This document shows positions 8,829 through 18,349 of a DNA stretch of 64,000 bases, one piece after another (the stretch's first letter is position 1; every line of letters starts with the position of its first letter). Position numbers and translations under genes: made by a program. The notes under the pieces were generated by a model that searched no databases, was not told where the DNA came from, and saw only the letters and a list, made by a program, of their open reading frames with translations. Source of the stretch: Minisyncoccia bacterium (GTDB lineage: Bacteria; Patescibacteriota; Minisyncoccia; SW-4-49-11); assembly GCA_044356325.1 (NCBI GenBank), contig JBIKWJ010000001.1:152992-216991 (forward strand), read 5' to 3'.

Positions 8829-10220
8829 TTACTTCTTTTGTAGGCTAAGTCCTAGTTCTAAAAGCTGATCGATTTGAATTGGGTTTGGAGATTGCATCAT
8901 AGGATCTCTCCCATCTCCAGTTTTAGGAAAAGCAATAACTTCACGAATACTCAATTCATTTTGTAATACTGTTAATAATCTATCTAGCCCCCAAGCAATT
9001 CCTCCATGAGGTGGGGTTCCAGAAGCAAGAGCTGTCAACATATGACCAAAAGCTTGATCAACTATTTCCCCTTCATATCCTAAAATCTCTAATACTATTC
9101 TCAAAGCATTGGCATTATGATTACGAATACTTCCTCCTCCTATTTCAAATCCATTGAGTACAATATCATATTGAGTTGAGATAATATTTCCAATATCTTT
9201 TTTCTCCAATAATTGCTCTCTATATTCTGGTTTAGGTGCTGAAAAAGGATTATGAGAAAATGTCCAATTTCCTTGCTCCGTTTTCTCAAATTGTGGAAAA
9301 TCTATAATCCAACAAAATGCTAATATATTGGGGTCTTCTTTATCCTCTCTAATATCTGGTCTATCATTACCATATTTTTCCATTGCCTCAGCATAGCTAA
9401 TACGAGGAAAAGGTATAGTTTGAATTTTCTTTTCTGGGTATAATTGTGTCACCAAATCAATCAAAAGCTTTTCATTTAAAGCAATAACATCTTCTGCTTC
9501 TACAAAACTAATCTCTAAATCTAATTGAGTAAATTCAGGCTGTCTATCTTTACGAGTATCTTCATCCCGAAAACAACGAGCAATTTGAAAATACTTTTCT
9601 ATACCACTTGCCATCAATAATTGTTTATATTGTTGTGGTGATTGGGGAAGAGCATAAAAACTTCCAGGCTGATGCCGAGATGGGACTACAAAATCTCGAG
9701 CACCTTCGGGAGTAGATTTGGTCAAAATAGGAGTTTCAATTTCAAGAAATCCCTCTTTATCAAGAAAATTACGAATAAATTGAGTCACTTTATGCCGATT
9801 AGCAAGATTTTTATACATTGATAATCGACGTAAGTCAAGATACCGATATTGTAATCTCAATTCCTCACTAATTTCATTTTTATCCTGATCAAGGGGGAAT
9901 ACAGGAGTAATAGCAGTATTCAATACTTCTATACTCAAAGCTTCAATTTCAACAGTACCCGTAGCTAAATCAGTATTAATCAGTCTTTCAGGACGAGCTT
10001 TTACTAGCCCACGAATACGAATCACCCATTCTGGACGAATCTCTGTAATCAGGGACTGTGAGGATTTATCTAAACTTGCAGGGACTAATACCACTTGAAC
10101 TTTTGCTGTGCGGTCTCTAAGGTCAATAAATGAAATTTTTCCATGATCCCGCTTGGTATCAATCCACCCTGAAATAGTAATTTCTTCTCCAATATGATTA
10201 ATAGTATCTAGAATGCTCAT
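8829..10220 (-). CDS. aspS: Aspartyl-tRNA synthetase (short class IIb type)
   Basis: 463 aa. N-terminal OB anticodon-binding domain. FYALPQSPQQYKQLLM and the FRDED motif-2 signature are typical of AspRS. Confidence 0.8.
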   Translation of the reverse strand: MSILDTINHIGEEITISGWIDTKRDHGKISFIDLRDRTAKVQVVLVPASLDKSSQSLITEIRPEWVIRIRGLVKARPERLINTDLATGTVEIEALSIEVLNTAITPVFPLDQDKNEISEELRLQYRYLDLRRLSMYKNLANRHKVTQFIRNFLDKEGFLEIETPILTKSTPEGARDFVVPSRHQPGSFYALPQSPQQYKQLLMASGIEKYFQIARCFRDEDTRKDRQPEFTQLDLEISFVEAEDVIALNEKLLIDLVTQLYPEKKIQTIPFPRISYAEAMEKYGNDRPDIREDKEDPNILAFCWIIDFPQFEKTEQGNWTFSHNPFSAPKPEYREQLLEKKDIGNIISTQYDIVLNGFEIGGGSIRNHNANALRIVLEILGYEGEIVDQAFGHMLTALASGTPPHGGIAWGLDRLLTVLQNELSIREVIAFPKTGDGRDPMMQSPNPIQIDQLLELGLSLQKK

Positions 10221-10376
10221 GATTTATATACTTATATTAGTTTTTATTATAGCATTAAAAGCTTATTTTGAGAAATTCTTATAAATTTATTTTGTATCTC
10301 ACTTTACCAAATAAAAATTTCATACCATTATCCTAGATAATAAGCACTTATTATCAATCCCTAAATATATAGTTTT

Positions 10377-11006
10377 TTATTTTTTGTCCAATTCATATAC
10401 AGATTCCAAAATATCATCTGCTAATACCTGTAAATGAGTCTCATTATCATCCTTTTGGTAATCATTATATGAGGTTATTTCTCCTACACGGAATGTCATA
10501 TCAGAAAAAGGTAAATATTTTAATTTTTTCTGATAATTAATATATATAGGTAGTACTGAGGCTTGCGATTGAGCAACAAGATATCCAACACCTCTTTTTG
10601 CATCACCTCTTTCATGGACAGTTTTTTGCATCTTTCCTTCTGGAAAAATACCAACCATCTCACCATTCTTTAAGGCAGTAACCATGGGATCAAGAACTTG
10701 AATACCCATTCCACGATCAACTGGGAAACATTTCATTTGACGTAAATACCATCCAACAATAGGTTGCTTAAAAAATCGTGCTCCTGTAACAACGTACATT
10801 GATATAACCTTAGTTCGATTCATCAAAGCTAAATAATACCAAATCCAAATACCATCATATGGCCCTCGATGATTAGAGGCAATAATTAATGGCCCCTTTA
10901 TATTTTGCAAATTTTCCACCCCACTAATATAGACTTGTTTGCAAAATAAACGCATAATTATATGAAAAAACCAGAAAGTCAATCCATACAAGAATTTATA
11001 AATCAT
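10377..11006 (-). CDS. plsC: 1-acyl-sn-glycerol-3-phosphate acyltransferase-like (PlsC family)
   Basis: 209 aa. HX4D acyltransferase motif ASNHRGPYDG and an FPEG motif. Confidence 0.65.
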   Translation of the reverse strand: MIYKFLYGLTFWFFHIIMRLFCKQVYISGVENLQNIKGPLIIASNHRGPYDGIWIWYYLALMNRTKVISMYVVTGARFFKQPIVGWYLRQMKCFPVDRGMGIQVLDPMVTALKNGEMVGIFPEGKMQKTVHERGDAKRGVGYLVAQSQASVLPIYINYQKKLKYLPFSDMTFRVGEITSYNDYQKDDNETHLQVLADDILESVYELDKK

Positions 11007-11074
11007 AACACAAAAAGTAATTATACCTTACTTATATCATAATTACTTTTTTTTGTCAATTTCGAACAAATAGT

Positions 11075-11407
11075 TTATTTAACTTTTGTATTAGAACTGG
11101 CTTGAGCCTTAGCTACTTCATTCCATTTGTCTTGTAAAGTAGCTTTTAGAGCATCAATTTGTTCTTGGGTAATAGGATCTAATTTTTGATATTCATTAAC
11201 AACGGCATCTACAATTTGATCATATTTTGACTGGCTAATATCTTCTAAATCATTAATTCTTTTTGCAATGTCTTTGCTTGTAGCCCTATATGCTTTTTTC
11301 AAATCTTGTCTTGTTTGCCGCCCAGATTTTGGTGCAAATAATACTCCAATTGCACCTCCAATAGCAAGTCCAGCCATAATTCCTTTGAATAGATTTTTAT
11401 TACTCAT
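11075..11407 (-). CDS. YtxH-like small protein
   Basis: 110 aa. N-terminal Gly-zipper helix GLAIGGAIGVLFAPKSG is typical of YtxH/DUF948. Confidence 0.45.
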   Translation of the reverse strand: MSNKNLFKGIMAGLAIGGAIGVLFAPKSGRQTRQDLKKAYRATSKDIAKRINDLEDISQSKYDQIVDAVVNEYQKLDPITQEQIDALKATLQDKWNEVAKAQASSNTKVK

Positions 11408-11426
11408 AATAGTTTTATTTAGTTAG

Positions 11427-11774
11427 TTATAGAATACGTTTTTTCTTTTTAGGAATTACCTTACTTAAGGCAACTCCCAAATCATCATTCTCGTCGGAAT
11501 TCTGAGATTTAGATGAATTTTTCCAAGAAGATACAATTTCAGAAATATTACCAATAGCTGAGGTAATACCAGAAATGGAAGTAAGATTAGTTTTTAATTC
11601 AGTGGCAGTATCTACTGCCAAATCACCTAAATGTAAAGCCTTATCAATAAGATTCCGTATTGCATCAATACTTTTCTTTACATCGAGTAACATAATTAAT
11701 AAAACCAATAATAATAGACCTATTTCCATTAATATAATTGCATAGAGACTCAAAATAACTTGCTCCGTAATCAT
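11427..11774 (-). CDS. Small membrane-anchored protein (DUF948-like)
   Basis: 115 aa. N-terminal TM followed by a coiled-coil-like region. Confidence 0.4.
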   Translation of the reverse strand: MITEQVILSLYAIILMEIGLLLLVLLIMLLDVKKSIDAIRNLIDKALHLGDLAVDTATELKTNLTSISGITSAIGNISEIVSSWKNSSKSQNSDENDDLGVALSKVIPKKKKRIL

Positions 11775-11840
11775 AATTTTTTATTTTATACTATATCAAT
11801 ATATTAGCATATCATATCATATTGTCAATTAACATTATGA

Positions 11841-12125
11841 AATGAGGAGATCGTAGACAAAAGAGATTATTATACATTACTATCCTACCGGCCGTAGCTT
11901 TGTACAAAAAGTGTCCTCCTTTGCCTGCCTGCGGTAGGCAGGGAGGAGGTGGCCGTCAGGCCGGAGGTGGATAGAGTTCAGGTCTTTATCTTATCCACCC
12001 CCGCCTTTCAGGCTTCCCCCTCCTAAGGGGGACAAAAGTAATAATTCTTTTGTTACGACAATATATGCGACTGTAAGGTCGCCCCTACACAACTCATATA
12101 ATGTCTACGATGTATCTCATCTTAA
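11841..12125 (+). mobile_element. GC-rich MITE-like repeat, copy B (full length, both TIRs)
   Basis: Left end gagatcgtagaca and right end tgtctacgatgtatctc form imperfect TIRs. The body is nearly identical to copy D at 34291-34572. It sits between divergent promoters. Confidence 0.65.
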
Positions 12126-12152
12126 TTCAAAATATACATATACCCCCCAATA

Positions 12153-12161
12153 TGCTATACT
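12153..12161 (+). promoter_or_regulatory. Extended -10-like element TGCTATACT upstream of the 12200 operon
   Basis: Preceded by a cccccc box, as at 4121 and 27301. 39 bp upstream of the ATG. Confidence 0.4.
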
Positions 12162-12199
12162 TATTATATTGATAAAATAGATCTCAAATACGAATTTCC

Positions 12200-12937
12200 A
12201 TGATTAAATCTCTATTCACAAAGAAAATTATTATCATATCTAGTGTTGTTCTGGTATTGTGTTTAGGAATAGCCTATATCCTATTAAAGCCCGACTCTAA
12301 ACCTAAGCTCACACCTATAGATGAAGGCTTAGCCCCAATTCGAATTATCCAAATTAAAGATGGTAAAGAACAAGAAGTTAATTTTACTGAGTCAGGTGCT
12401 GAAATTATTGCAAGTGCCCTTTTTTCTGCCAATCCTTTTGATGAACAAGTACAACAAGGGGTACAAAGTCTTGGGATTGACCGCATAGATTTACCTCCTC
12501 TTCCAGAAAATCAAATTAAAGTTATCAATAATCCAGAAAATCCACAAACAGCAATTGAAAAATATTTAAAAGAAGTATATACTATATTCAAGGATAATAC
12601 TATCCAGCTTAATATAAGTCAGCTCTCTGAAGAAGCTTTGGATGGAAAAACACAAAATATTCAATCCCTACTTCACACTAATACTGATTTATATCGTTCA
12701 TTGTTCACAATAGAAGTACCCCAAGATGCATTAAAACTTCATAAAGGATATATCCGTGTCGCCCAAATACAAAATAGTTTTTTATTGGGATTATTAAATG
12801 CAAGCTCTGACCCGTTAAAACTTGATATCAATAGCAAAATTAGTGTATCTCTACTCCAAAAGATTGATGTGCCGATAAAAGAGGAGCTACAAAGTATCAG
12901 AAAAAAATACAATATCATATACCAAAAACAATCATAA
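12200..12937 (+). CDS. Membrane-anchored extracytoplasmic protein, unknown function
   Basis: 245 aa with an N-terminal TM anchor. First of five tightly linked genes. Confidence 0.45.
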   Translation: MIKSLFTKKIIIISSVVLVLCLGIAYILLKPDSKPKLTPIDEGLAPIRIIQIKDGKEQEVNFTESGAEIIASALFSANPFDEQVQQGVQSLGIDRIDLPPLPENQIKVINNPENPQTAIEKYLKEVYTIFKDNTIQLNISQLSEEALDGKTQNIQSLLHTNTDLYRSLFTIEVPQDALKLHKGYIRVAQIQNSFLLGLLNASSDPLKLDINSKISVSLLQKIDVPIKEELQSIRKKYNIIYQKQS

Positions 12938-12938
12938 T

Positions 12939-14645
12939 ATGTCTTCTCTCTTTTCTCAGAAAATGATAGTAATAATCGGAATACTTTTATTCGGGTTGTC
13001 TTTTATGTATCCCCATATTACCTATGCTGATAATTTGTATGGGCAATCTTGTGGGAATACAAAATGTAGCGGTGCTGAAGTGTGTCAAAAACAATATAGA
13101 GGAGTATTACCTATTGGATCACAAAATGATGGGAATGCAACCTTTACCTGTGTCAAGCCACAGAATATAGCAGCTCCAGATAGTCCCTACAAGGGCGTTC
13201 AGGCATCTTGTAGTGGGGTATTTCAAAAAGCATTTGGACTTGATTTAGGCTCACTTACTGGGTCAACATTAACAGACACGCTGCAGTCTGGATTAGGAAA
13301 AATAAAAAGCAGTTTAGGGCTAGATGGAATTGCATTTGGATATGATTCCAGAGGACCTCAGGTTTTGAATTTTAGTAATGTCGGATTAAACTGGAATATA
13401 GATCCTACCAATCTTCTTGCTACTGATACGGAGTATTTTAAAGATTTTGTCCCAAAATGTGATAGTGCTTATAATAATATAAAAGGTATAATTAATACCA
13501 ATTATCTTGTAGCTCCCCTTCCTGTTGATATTTTTAATCCCCTTCCCCTACCAGTAAATATAACCTCACCCACTCCACTTCCCGTAGTAGTGGTAGATGA
13601 TTTAGCCCTATATCAACAAAAAGAATTAATTGATGCGCCTCTTGCCGCCCAACAAAAAGCAAAAACCATAGCAACGGTAAGTGATACTCTCAGATATCAA
13701 ATTAGTAATGATAATTTGATTCCGAATAATTATTTTGCTCTCAAGAGCTTAGGTTGGCAATACGGAGCACTTGATCCTAATACTGGAGTTGTATCGAAAG
13801 AAGCTATAGATAGATATGGTTCATATCAAAATTTCTCATTAGATAAAAATAAAGAAATAGAACAATATTTTAAAGATTTACAAGATCAAAAAAGTCAATT
13901 GCCTGATGAGACTTTTACTCAAAGTTGTGGGAATGTCAAAACAGAAGATGCTGGAGAAATAAGTTTAGAATGTGCACTTCTTGCCCTACAAGATAATAAT
14001 ACTGCCAATGGTATTGCAAGTATTACACAGAGAATAGCTGAGGAAAAATCATTAAATGCTACTGAACTGCTTCGTCAAGAAGTTGATAACGGAAGTGGAT
14101 ATTTTGCTAAAACAAATGGGGATAAAAATCCATTTACCAAAACCATTCAAAGCCCTGGTTCAAATATAGCAAATCTTACTGATAAAGTATTAGAGTCTAC
14201 TATAGATCAGGCTATTCTAGGGTCTGGGGACAGATGTTTTGCTGCAATACCTAATAATATACTGGAGGGGTCATTGAAGCCGGTACTCACTCAAGGATTA
14301 TATGGGGTTAATAATACGTTAGCCTCCGCACAATCTAATATCATCAATAATCCCGTGAATACCCTACAGAATCCTGGTAATTTTGCAAATCAATTAAATT
14401 CTGGATTACAGGGCGCTGTTCCAGATCCTAATAGATTTTTTAAATCCCTGCAAAACTCACTCGTACAAAATGTAACTGGAGGTCTTTCTTGTGAATTTAA
14501 TAAGCAGATTTCGGGTCTACTCAATGGGGCTTTAGGCAATATTAATATTCCAGGAATTGGCAATGTAAGTGGAGCACTTACTAATACTGCAACTGGCGCT
14601 ATTGATGGAGCTCTCAATAATGCTGTTAATAGTTTGATACCATAA
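12939..14645 (+). CDS. Secreted protein with a Cys-rich N-terminal module and a Gly/Asn-rich C-terminus
   Basis: 568 aa with a signal peptide. Start is 1 bp after the upstream stop. Confidence 0.45.
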   Translation: MSSLFSQKMIVIIGILLFGLSFMYPHITYADNLYGQSCGNTKCSGAEVCQKQYRGVLPIGSQNDGNATFTCVKPQNIAAPDSPYKGVQASCSGVFQKAFGLDLGSLTGSTLTDTLQSGLGKIKSSLGLDGIAFGYDSRGPQVLNFSNVGLNWNIDPTNLLATDTEYFKDFVPKCDSAYNNIKGIINTNYLVAPLPVDIFNPLPLPVNITSPTPLPVVVVDDLALYQQKELIDAPLAAQQKAKTIATVSDTLRYQISNDNLIPNNYFALKSLGWQYGALDPNTGVVSKEAIDRYGSYQNFSLDKNKEIEQYFKDLQDQKSQLPDETFTQSCGNVKTEDAGEISLECALLALQDNNTANGIASITQRIAEEKSLNATELLRQEVDNGSGYFAKTNGDKNPFTKTIQSPGSNIANLTDKVLESTIDQAILGSGDRCFAAIPNNILEGSLKPVLTQGLYGVNNTLASAQSNIINNPVNTLQNPGNFANQLNSGLQGAVPDPNRFFKSLQNSLVQNVTGGLSCEFNKQISGLLNGALGNINIPGIGNVSGALTNTATGAIDGALNNAVNSLIP

Positions 14646-14649
14646 TATT

Positions 14650-16764
14650 ATGAAAATCAAATTATCACATATCCGTTATATAGCCCCTATACTTATTATA
14701 GCTCTTTTCTTTTTACCCGCTATAACTTATGCTGCAGATCGTCCATGGTGGGATGTGCTCAACTTAACTGGCACAATTAATGATACTTTATTAAATAGTT
14801 TAAATGGGATATTAGGTTTTTTTAAGACTGCATTAAGTACTATATTAGGTTCAGCTATTATACCTCTCCTAAACAATGTTATGTCTTTTCAAAATTTCTT
14901 TACTGATGGAGTAAATGCGGGCTGGACAGCTACCCGAGATTTTGCTAATTTATTCTTTGCTCTTATATTACTCTTTATTGCAATAGCGACCGTACTCAAT
15001 ACAGGAGGTTTAGATAATTATACTGCCAAAAGAATGCTTCCCAATTTTATATTTGCGGCTTTATTTATCAATTTTAGTAAAGCTATTGTAGGATTTTTGA
15101 TAGATATTAGCCAAATTATTATGATATCTCTGTATAATTCTTTTGGTCCAACCTTAACAGATTCAATTGCATCAGCCTCAAAAATTGCTGAAGCAGGATC
15201 AGAATCAAAAATAGACCCAGCTATTATCTCTCTTCTCACTATTATTCTTCTTGTTATTCTTATTTTTGTATTATTATGGACAGCTGTGATTTTGATCGTC
15301 AGAATAGTAACTCTTTGGTTTGTCATTATGTTATCTCCCCTAGCCTTTGTATCTGGGCTCATACCACCATTAAGTTCTATCTCGAGAAGTTGGCAAAATA
15401 TGTTGCAACAAGCTTTAATCACAGGCCCTACACTTATGTTCCTCCTATATCTTGCTGTTACGGTAATGAATGCAAGTATTGGGGGAAATACTTCTGGTGG
15501 AGGTAATCTGATAGAAAATGGTAATTTACTGAATTATGCCCTTGTTATAGGTTTATTAATAATAGCTAATATAGAAGCGCAGAAAGCTGGGCAATCTGCT
15601 CCCCCAATGCTCAAAAATGCCGTTGGAGTTGCAGGGACTGTAGCTACTTTTGGACTAGGAGCTTATGTCGGAGCAGGAGGAGTTGGTACTGGAAAAATGT
15701 TTGGGAAGGGAGGAGAATTAGTGCAAGGTGGAGTTAAAAATACTGATAAGTTAGCTGGGGGTGCTACGAGAGGTGTACAAGTTTTGACTGGGGGAAAAAT
15801 TAAAGCTAATAGCAGATATGAAGCTATGAAAAAAGATATGACCGCAGCTAATGATGCGGGTAAGGGGCTATTTGGTGGAGTAGGACAACAGTTTAGTCAA
15901 GCTGGGCAAAAAGAACAGCAAGAAGATTTTGAGCTAAAAAAAGCTAGAGATTTAGCCAAATCAAAAGCCATAGATGAACCTCAGTTCAAAAGATATCAAG
16001 GTATTTTAGCTGCCAGTCAGTCAAAAAAAGCAACTGAGATTAAAGAAATAGAAAATACTGAAATACTAGGACAACAATTAAAGGAAGCTACTGAGAAAGG
16101 CTATAAAGAAGAGGCTGCTGCATTAGCTTCAAGAATATCTACTATTAAAGATGGTTGGTCACAAGTATTTGGTGAAAAAGGTGCATTTAGTGAATATAGT
16201 AGTATTGATTATAAAAATGAAGGGGAACAATTAAAGGCATTTTTTGATAAAGAATTTGGTCCTTCTGATGATGAAAATGGAAATACGGTAACTAAGGATT
16301 TGAAAAGTCGTATTATTCGTAATCTTGAGGATAAAGGTGCAGGAAATTTTGCCTCCGGATTAACAGGGAAGAATGGATATGAAGCTGCAGGTAAAATTGG
16401 GGTCTTGGGTGCAGGAGCTATGATTGCAAAAAATAAGGCATTATTAAATAAACGCAAAATTGATCCCGATACAGGAAAAGTAGTCTTTAAACCAGATGGA
16501 TCCGCTGATTCTGAGCTTGATATTGCAAAAGTATATCCGATTATTGCAAATGAAACTTCCTTAGATATTTTAAGAGATCCTAAATCATGGACTCAATATT
16601 CCCGTATAGAGACTATTAAATTACTAAAAGCACTATTAGAAAATCCTAAAAAGTATATAGATGAAAAAGTAATTTCTTCATTTGATAAAGAAAAAGTTGA
16701 GGCTGCCTTAATTGGACTAGGGGACACTCCTTCAAAAAGATCAGCTGGTTTTAGAACAAGCTAA
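14650..16764 (+). CDS. VirB6/TrbL-like polytopic membrane protein with a long hydrophilic C-terminal extension
   Basis: 704 aa. Signal peptide, a periplasmic segment, 5-7 TM helices, then a Gly/Lys-rich low-complexity tail. This is the architecture of T4SS VirB6/TrbL-type proteins. Identified by architecture only. Confidence 0.4.
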   Translation: MKIKLSHIRYIAPILIIALFFLPAITYAADRPWWDVLNLTGTINDTLLNSLNGILGFFKTALSTILGSAIIPLLNNVMSFQNFFTDGVNAGWTATRDFANLFFALILLFIAIATVLNTGGLDNYTAKRMLPNFIFAALFINFSKAIVGFLIDISQIIMISLYNSFGPTLTDSIASASKIAEAGSESKIDPAIISLLTIILLVILIFVLLWTAVILIVRIVTLWFVIMLSPLAFVSGLIPPLSSISRSWQNMLQQALITGPTLMFLLYLAVTVMNASIGGNTSGGGNLIENGNLLNYALVIGLLIIANIEAQKAGQSAPPMLKNAVGVAGTVATFGLGAYVGAGGVGTGKMFGKGGELVQGGVKNTDKLAGGATRGVQVLTGGKIKANSRYEAMKKDMTAANDAGKGLFGGVGQQFSQAGQKEQQEDFELKKARDLAKSKAIDEPQFKRYQGILAASQSKKATEIKEIENTEILGQQLKEATEKGYKEEAAALASRISTIKDGWSQVFGEKGAFSEYSSIDYKNEGEQLKAFFDKEFGPSDDENGNTVTKDLKSRIIRNLEDKGAGNFASGLTGKNGYEAAGKIGVLGAGAMIAKNKALLNKRKIDPDTGKVVFKPDGSADSELDIAKVYPIIANETSLDILRDPKSWTQYSRIETIKLLKALLENPKKYIDEKVISSFDKEKVEAALIGLGDTPSKRSAGFRTS

Positions 16765-16773
16765 AAACACCCT

Positions 16774-17649
16774 ATGACACTCGCAGATATCAAAAGTGAA
16801 GCACAGGCCCTTATCACCACAGACAATGTGCCGGGATCTCTTGAATTTGCGGAGAAATTAGAGAAATCTCTTAATGAGAATAATATTAAGGACTCTAATG
16901 CTGAGGCTTATCGCGAATTATCTAAGATTATATTCCAACTTTATGTTACTGCTATTCCCAATATATCTACTGAATTATTCCATAAAATCATTTCACTCAA
17001 TATTATAGAGGCTTTGAGTCCTCTCTGGCCTTCTGAGCGTGATTTTGCCGCCCGAATTGAAAGTAGATATTCTATTTACCCAGTAGAGCTCATCAAAGAA
17101 GAGATGCGCAAGGATTTACTTCCCCTTCTTAAACAAAATAGTCAGCTTATTGGATCTGTAGTATTACGATTGTCTCAAGAAAACCCTCAAGCTAAGCCAA
17201 GTATTAATAATTGGATTGAATATTATGATAGAACTACTGGACTTGGGTCTAGTAATAGTTTTCAGCGTTCTCGTTTTATTAGTGGAGACCCCATTGTACA
17301 AACATTAAATCCTGAGGAAAAAGAGTCCCTCCGAAAAGTAATTCAATTCTATGACTATCTCCAAACTGATGAGACAGTCTTATATCAAGATATTTATAAT
17401 ACTACTAATACTGCCCCTCAAACAAATCTCAATACCATTAGCCCTAATATTCCCTCTCAACCAGTAAATCCCAATCCAATTTCTACACCTCAATCAGATA
17501 TTACGGTTCCAATTCCTGCTCCCAATAATATTCCCCAACCTGCAATTCCCCGAACTCCAATTCCTCGGCGGACTTCTGCTCCTGTAGTATTGACAGCTAA
17601 GCCAACTCCAATTCCACAAAATCTTGTTAATCTCAAAAAACCAGAATAA
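16774..17649 (+). CDS. Hypothetical protein with a Pro-rich C-terminus
   Basis: 291 aa, no TM helix. The C-terminal 80 aa are P/T/N/I-rich. Confidence 0.4.
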   Translation: MTLADIKSEAQALITTDNVPGSLEFAEKLEKSLNENNIKDSNAEAYRELSKIIFQLYVTAIPNISTELFHKIISLNIIEALSPLWPSERDFAARIESRYSIYPVELIKEEMRKDLLPLLKQNSQLIGSVVLRLSQENPQAKPSINNWIEYYDRTTGLGSSNSFQRSRFISGDPIVQTLNPEEKESLRKVIQFYDYLQTDETVLYQDIYNTTNTAPQTNLNTISPNIPSQPVNPNPISTPQSDITVPIPAPNNIPQPAIPRTPIPRRTSAPVVLTAKPTPIPQNLVNLKKPE

Positions 17650-17651
17650 TT

Positions 17652-18095
17652 ATGCAACAATATAATATTCCACAATTTATTGATTCTGAAGATAAAATTA
17701 TTGGTCCTCTGACCATAAGGCAATTTGCATTTTTGGCAATTGGAGTGGTAATTGGAGGATTTTTATGGTATTTTAAACCCAATTTGGGAGTTTTTGTGAT
17801 TAGTGTATTGCCTGTTGTAGTTGGAACTTTTACTTTTGCTTTTATTAAAATTAATGGCCAAAACTTTGATATATTTATTGTCAATGTTATGGTTTATATT
17901 CTGAAGCCAACTTTATTCCTTTGGTCTCGAGACATAGACCCAACTCAATCAGTTATTAAAGTATCCATTGAAAAACGTAAAGCCTCATTTAGGCGAGAGA
18001 CTCATGATTATAATCAATCTCGTGTAGAAGAAGTAGCTTGGACTCTAGATAGTTATGGTGAGAAAACGGTAATTCCAGATATTGCAACAGAATAA
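17652..18095 (+). CDS. PrgI-family (VirB3-like) small membrane protein
   Basis: 147 aa. N-terminal IPQFIDSEDKIIGPLTIRQFAFLAIG followed by two TM helices matches the PrgI/VirB3-like pattern IPKDL..K...LT.RQ seen in Gram-positive conjugation loci. Confidence 0.45.
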   Translation: MQQYNIPQFIDSEDKIIGPLTIRQFAFLAIGVVIGGFLWYFKPNLGVFVISVLPVVVGTFTFAFIKINGQNFDIFIVNVMVYILKPTLFLWSRDIDPTQSVIKVSIEKRKASFRRETHDYNQSRVEEVAWTLDSYGEKTVIPDIATE

Positions 18096-18338
18096 CTATT
18101 TTGTATTATTGGTATCTTTTAAAGTTTCAGTATTAGCTTTACTATTTTCTTCTACACTATTTTGTATTTCCTCAACCTGATTTTTATCTTTTGTCTCAAT
18201 AGTACTTGGTATCTCTGGCTTAGTAAAAGATATATTTGAAAAATTAAGAATCATAGACCAAATAAATACTCCTACTATAATAATACTCCCTATTACAAAT
18301 AGTATTATCAATTGTTTTTTCTTTTTATCGCTGTCCAT
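18096..18338 (-). CDS. Small single-pass membrane protein
   Basis: 80 aa. Lys-rich N-terminus, one TM helix, acidic C-terminus. Confidence 0.3.
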   Translation of the reverse strand: MDSDKKKKQLIILFVIGSIIIVGVFIWSMILNFSNISFTKPEIPSTIETKDKNQVEEIQNSVEENSKANTETLKDTNNTK

Positions 18339-18349
18339 TAATCCCCCTC

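Noticed and set aside
11931-11975. Resemblance of ggccgtcaggccggaggtgg in the GC-rich repeats to the SRP (4.5S) RNA domain IV motif GGUCAGGUCCGGAAGG
   Set aside because: The motif occurs in at least four dispersed copies with TIRs. SRP RNA is single-copy, and the surrounding sequence does not form the SRP helix 8 or helix 5 architecture.
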